Below, piece by piece: positions 60,728 to 64,000 of a DNA stretch of 64,000 nucleotides. The DNA is from Chrysomallon squamiferum (lineage: Eukaryota > Animalia > Mollusca). The stretch is taken from NCBI GenBank assembly GCA_012295275.1, contig CM022676.1, positions 4,588,001-4,652,000 on the forward strand, read 5' to 3'. Under the pieces are notes generated by a model. That model saw nothing but the letters and a program-made list of their open reading frames with translations. It did not search any database and was not told where the DNA came from. How positions within the stretch are numbered: position 1 is the stretch's first letter; each line of letters begins with the position of its first letter. The translations under genes and the position numbers were made by a program.

Positions 60728-61041
60728 TATATCATATCATATTTGTTATATTATTTTATTTATTTCATTAATTTAATATTATTACTATCGTAATCAGCAT
60801 TATAATCATCATCGTCATTCCCTCAACCATTATCATTATAATCTTTTTTTTTTCTTTTTTTAATTTAAAAAATCCTTTAAACTCAATAACGCATCAAAAC
60901 CTTTTTACATAACAGATATCAAAAATATCGCACGCGGTGTTTCAAACATAAACATTTCTACTGCGGTTCTGCATTACAACACGCATACAGACTCACAGAT
61001 ATGTTACAGAAAGTGCTTAAGACGCTCGTAAACCTAACGTA

Positions 61042-61072
<31 letters not shown>

Positions 61073-62091
61073 GATTTTTTGTATTTTGTTGATGCGTCAT
61101 TGATTTTCGGAGGAGAGTAGTCACGGAAGAAATAAAATGTCGGCAAGAAGCGTCGTAAAAATATGGCGAAAAATTCTCATTAAAGCGATGATCTTGGATG
61201 ATAACTGGGTTTTACTTCGCTTTTATTCGAACTAAAGAGATTTTAATTAATATAGAGTATCTGAAAATTTTCTGTAAAGTGGCCTAAGTGGGGTTTTTAT
61301 TTTATTTTAAATATTCAGAGAGCTCGTGGAATGAAAGGCTGAAAAGGGGTTTTGAAGAGAACGAACGAACGAACGAATGAATGAATGAATGAATGAATGA
61401 ATAGGTGGATGAATAAAGAAATGAATGAAACCGAAGGGAAGAATAAAATAATAAAGACAAAAAAATATATATAAACAAAAAGGGAGAATGAATGACGGAG
61501 TGAGTGAACAAACGAAAGGACGGACGAATGAATCAATAGACGGATGAATGGAAATGATGGGAGAAATAACGAATTAACAAAGGAAGGAATGAATGAAAAC
61601 GAAAAAAAGAATGAAATAATCAATATAGAAAAAATAAAGGAAGAAAGAATGAAGGAAGGAAGGAACGAACCAATGGATAGAAGCATGAATGAATGAATGA
61701 AATCAAAGGAAAAAAACAAATAACAAAGATGGAAAAAAGAAACACAAAGGAATTAAAGAATAATGAAAACAAATAAACAGACAAATTTATGAATGGATCA
61801 AACTCTTGCCACTGAACGGAATAAAAGAAAAACAAAAAACGAAAATAAAAACGTAAAAGGACAGAAGTAACGTAATAGCTACACGAAGACTGATTGCCGA
61901 GTTATCGTTCTTTAAATAAACTCTTTGACAGGGAAGAAGACAAATTGTGTCTTATCAGTTATGTTTTTTGTTTGTTTTGTTTTTTATCTTCGTATTCTCT
62001 AGCATTTGTAAAGTTCTTCAACTGTCTTTTGTTTTACTTTTTCTCTACTTTCCATTTTTCTTTCTCTTCTCTCTCTTTCTTTATATTTCTG

Positions 62092-62325
62092 TATACATGT
62101 ATGTATGCATGTATGTATGTATGTATGTATGTATGTATGTATGTATGTATGTATGTATGTATGTATGTGTGTGTGTGTATGTATGTATGTATGTATGTAT
62201 GTATGTATGTATGTATGTATGTATGTATGTATGTATGTGTGTATGTATGTATGTATGTATGTATGTATGTATATATGTATGTATGTGTGTATGTATGTAT
62301 GTATGTGTATGTATGTATGTATGTA
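62092..62325. repeat. (ATGT)n array
   Basis: Direct reading. Confidence 0.95.
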
Positions 62326-62880
62326 TATTCCTGTCTAAATTTGGTGATTTTTCCACCCTCTCTACCGCATAGTTCTAACCTCTGTAATTCACCGTGTTTA
62401 AAACGACTTCTGTTACATAAAACAACGATCACCGTAACACATCCGCACCACCACCACCCACCCACCCATTTCACACCCTGCCAAACCTATAATTATGACA
62501 ACGATCTGTCAGACTCTTTTCCTTGTTTTTTTTTTTTTTTTTTTTTTCTGTCGTCTTCGATTGTCGCAATGAATCGTTGATTCCACACGTTTGGCAAATC
62601 CATGGACACCTTAGATCACGTGACTTTTTTTTATCGATGTTCCCATATTTATAGAGGGCGGTGGATTAAGATATGGATTATCCTGGGTTTAGTGGTTATA
62701 CGCTTCACTGCACTTGTACTCTGAGTGCAAAATGGGTGACGGAGGGTGGGGGGTGGGGCTGGCTATGGAGGGAATAAAAAGGTTGAGTTTAAGAGTACAG
62801 AGATTAAATGTTACTGACATCGGTGTGTTTAAGTTTTCGTTAATTATACCTTTAATTTTTCGTTTTTTTTTTAAATTTTA

Positions 62881-62980
62881 ATGTTAATTTTGGTTTTGTA
62901 TTTTAATTTTAATTTTGATTTTGTATTTTAATGTTAATTTTGATTTTGTATTTTAGTGTTAATTTTGATTTTGTATTTTA
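62881..62980. repeat. 25-bp minisatellite x4 (ATGTTAATTTTGATTTTGTATTTTA)
   Basis: Units at 62881, 62906, 62931 and 62956, each within one mismatch of the consensus; continues as (ATTTTA)n. Confidence 0.9.
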
Positions 62981-63458
62981 ATTTTAATTTTAATTTTAAT
63001 TTTAATGGCATAAGCGTTTTCATCATTGTTGTCTGTATCATTACTTTCTTCATCTTCATCGTAATCATCATTATCGTCATCATCGTCATTATTATTGTTA
63101 TTATTGTTATTATTGCTATTGTTATTGTTGTTATTAGTGCAGTTGTTATTATTTTTGTTGCTGTTCTTATTATTAATATCACCATCAGCAGCAGCAGCAT
63201 TATCATCATCATCATCATTTATATTTTCTCTTATTTAATTTTTTTTTTAATCCTTTTAATCTCTCTGAATTTCTAATCTTCCTTTTCTTTATTTCTACTT
63301 TTTTTAATCTTTCTATCTCCTTCATCTTTCCTTCTTTTTAAATATCATTTTTATCTTCATTTTTATTTTCATTTTTATTATTTTTATCTTCATTTTTAAT
63401 TATCTCCATTTCTACTTCTTCTTCTGTTTTCTTTTTTTATGCATATTCATCAGCTTCT

Positions 63459-63472
63459 GTCACCATGACAAC
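63459..63472 (+). promoter_or_regulatory. RFX X-box GTCACCATGACAAC
   Basis: Perfect fit to GTHNYYATRRNAAC. Confidence 0.45.
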
Positions 63473-63873
63473 CACTCTTCGTTAATTGCACAACGCCATT
63501 ATTTTTTCTATATATGTATTTTTTTTTTTTTCTTTCATTCGCTTTCTTTAAACATTTTAAATCCTAAATTAACGATTAGTAGCTTCTATTAACAGAATAT
63601 CTGAATTCTTTATGTTTTTCTGATCATATCAGTTTCATTCTCTGAAATGTGGAAGTTTCATTTGTTTGTACAAACTTCGCGTGTGTGTAGGTATGTGTAT
63701 GTACGTGTGTCTTGTGTGTGTGTGTGTGTGTGTCTGTATGTTTATATCTGTGTGTCTGATGTTTTGTGTTTTTAAGTAATGTAAATAGACACAGGTAATA
63801 ATAATGGTACTTTTATGAAAACACCCAAGTGATTCTTTTTGTGAATTATATATATATGTGTGTGTGTGTGTGC

Positions 63874-63910
<37 letters not shown>

Positions 63911-64000
63911 TCACAGTCTTTTTTCTTATACTTTGTTCTCTCATTCAATCCCTTTCATTCTCTCTTTATTTCAGAACGTACTTTTCTTTCTCTTTTTCTC

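Overview
This is AT-rich eukaryotic DNA from an invertebrate animal, probably a bilaterian given a textbook CTCF motif. A degenerate Meta/MESC-type SINE and CCCTAA-like repeats are compatible with a mollusc, but the taxon is not determinable. A very large share of the window is simple-sequence repeat: (AG/CT)n, (AAT)n, (ACT)n, (CAT)n, (AGAT)n, (ATGT)n and poly-A/T. These blocks alternate with 0.3-0.9 kb unique, CpG-containing islands. No protein-coding gene can be supported: the supplied ORFs are microsatellite read-throughs or short ORFs with no recognisable domain. Solid features are a complete 809-bp non-autonomous Tc2/pogo-type DNA transposon (59919-60727; 25-bp TIRs, TA target duplication), a decayed tRNA-derived Meta-core SINE (about 44081-44260), several minisatellites, a perfect 34-bp palindrome and a G-quadruplex-capable tract. 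The unique islands look like a large intronic or upstream cis-regulatory landscape. They carry at least 9 full CRE palindromes (TGACGTCA), about 9 RFX X-box-like sites, CTCF, USF/TFEB, NRF1, NF-kB and COE motifs, and up to three candidate + strand promoter/first-exon modules (about 0.8, 30.3 and 46.3 kb). I found no convincing new biological system. The best lead is this CRE/X-box-dense, possibly multi-promoter domain of an unidentified gene, which is inference and needs RNA-seq, CAGE or ATAC data.
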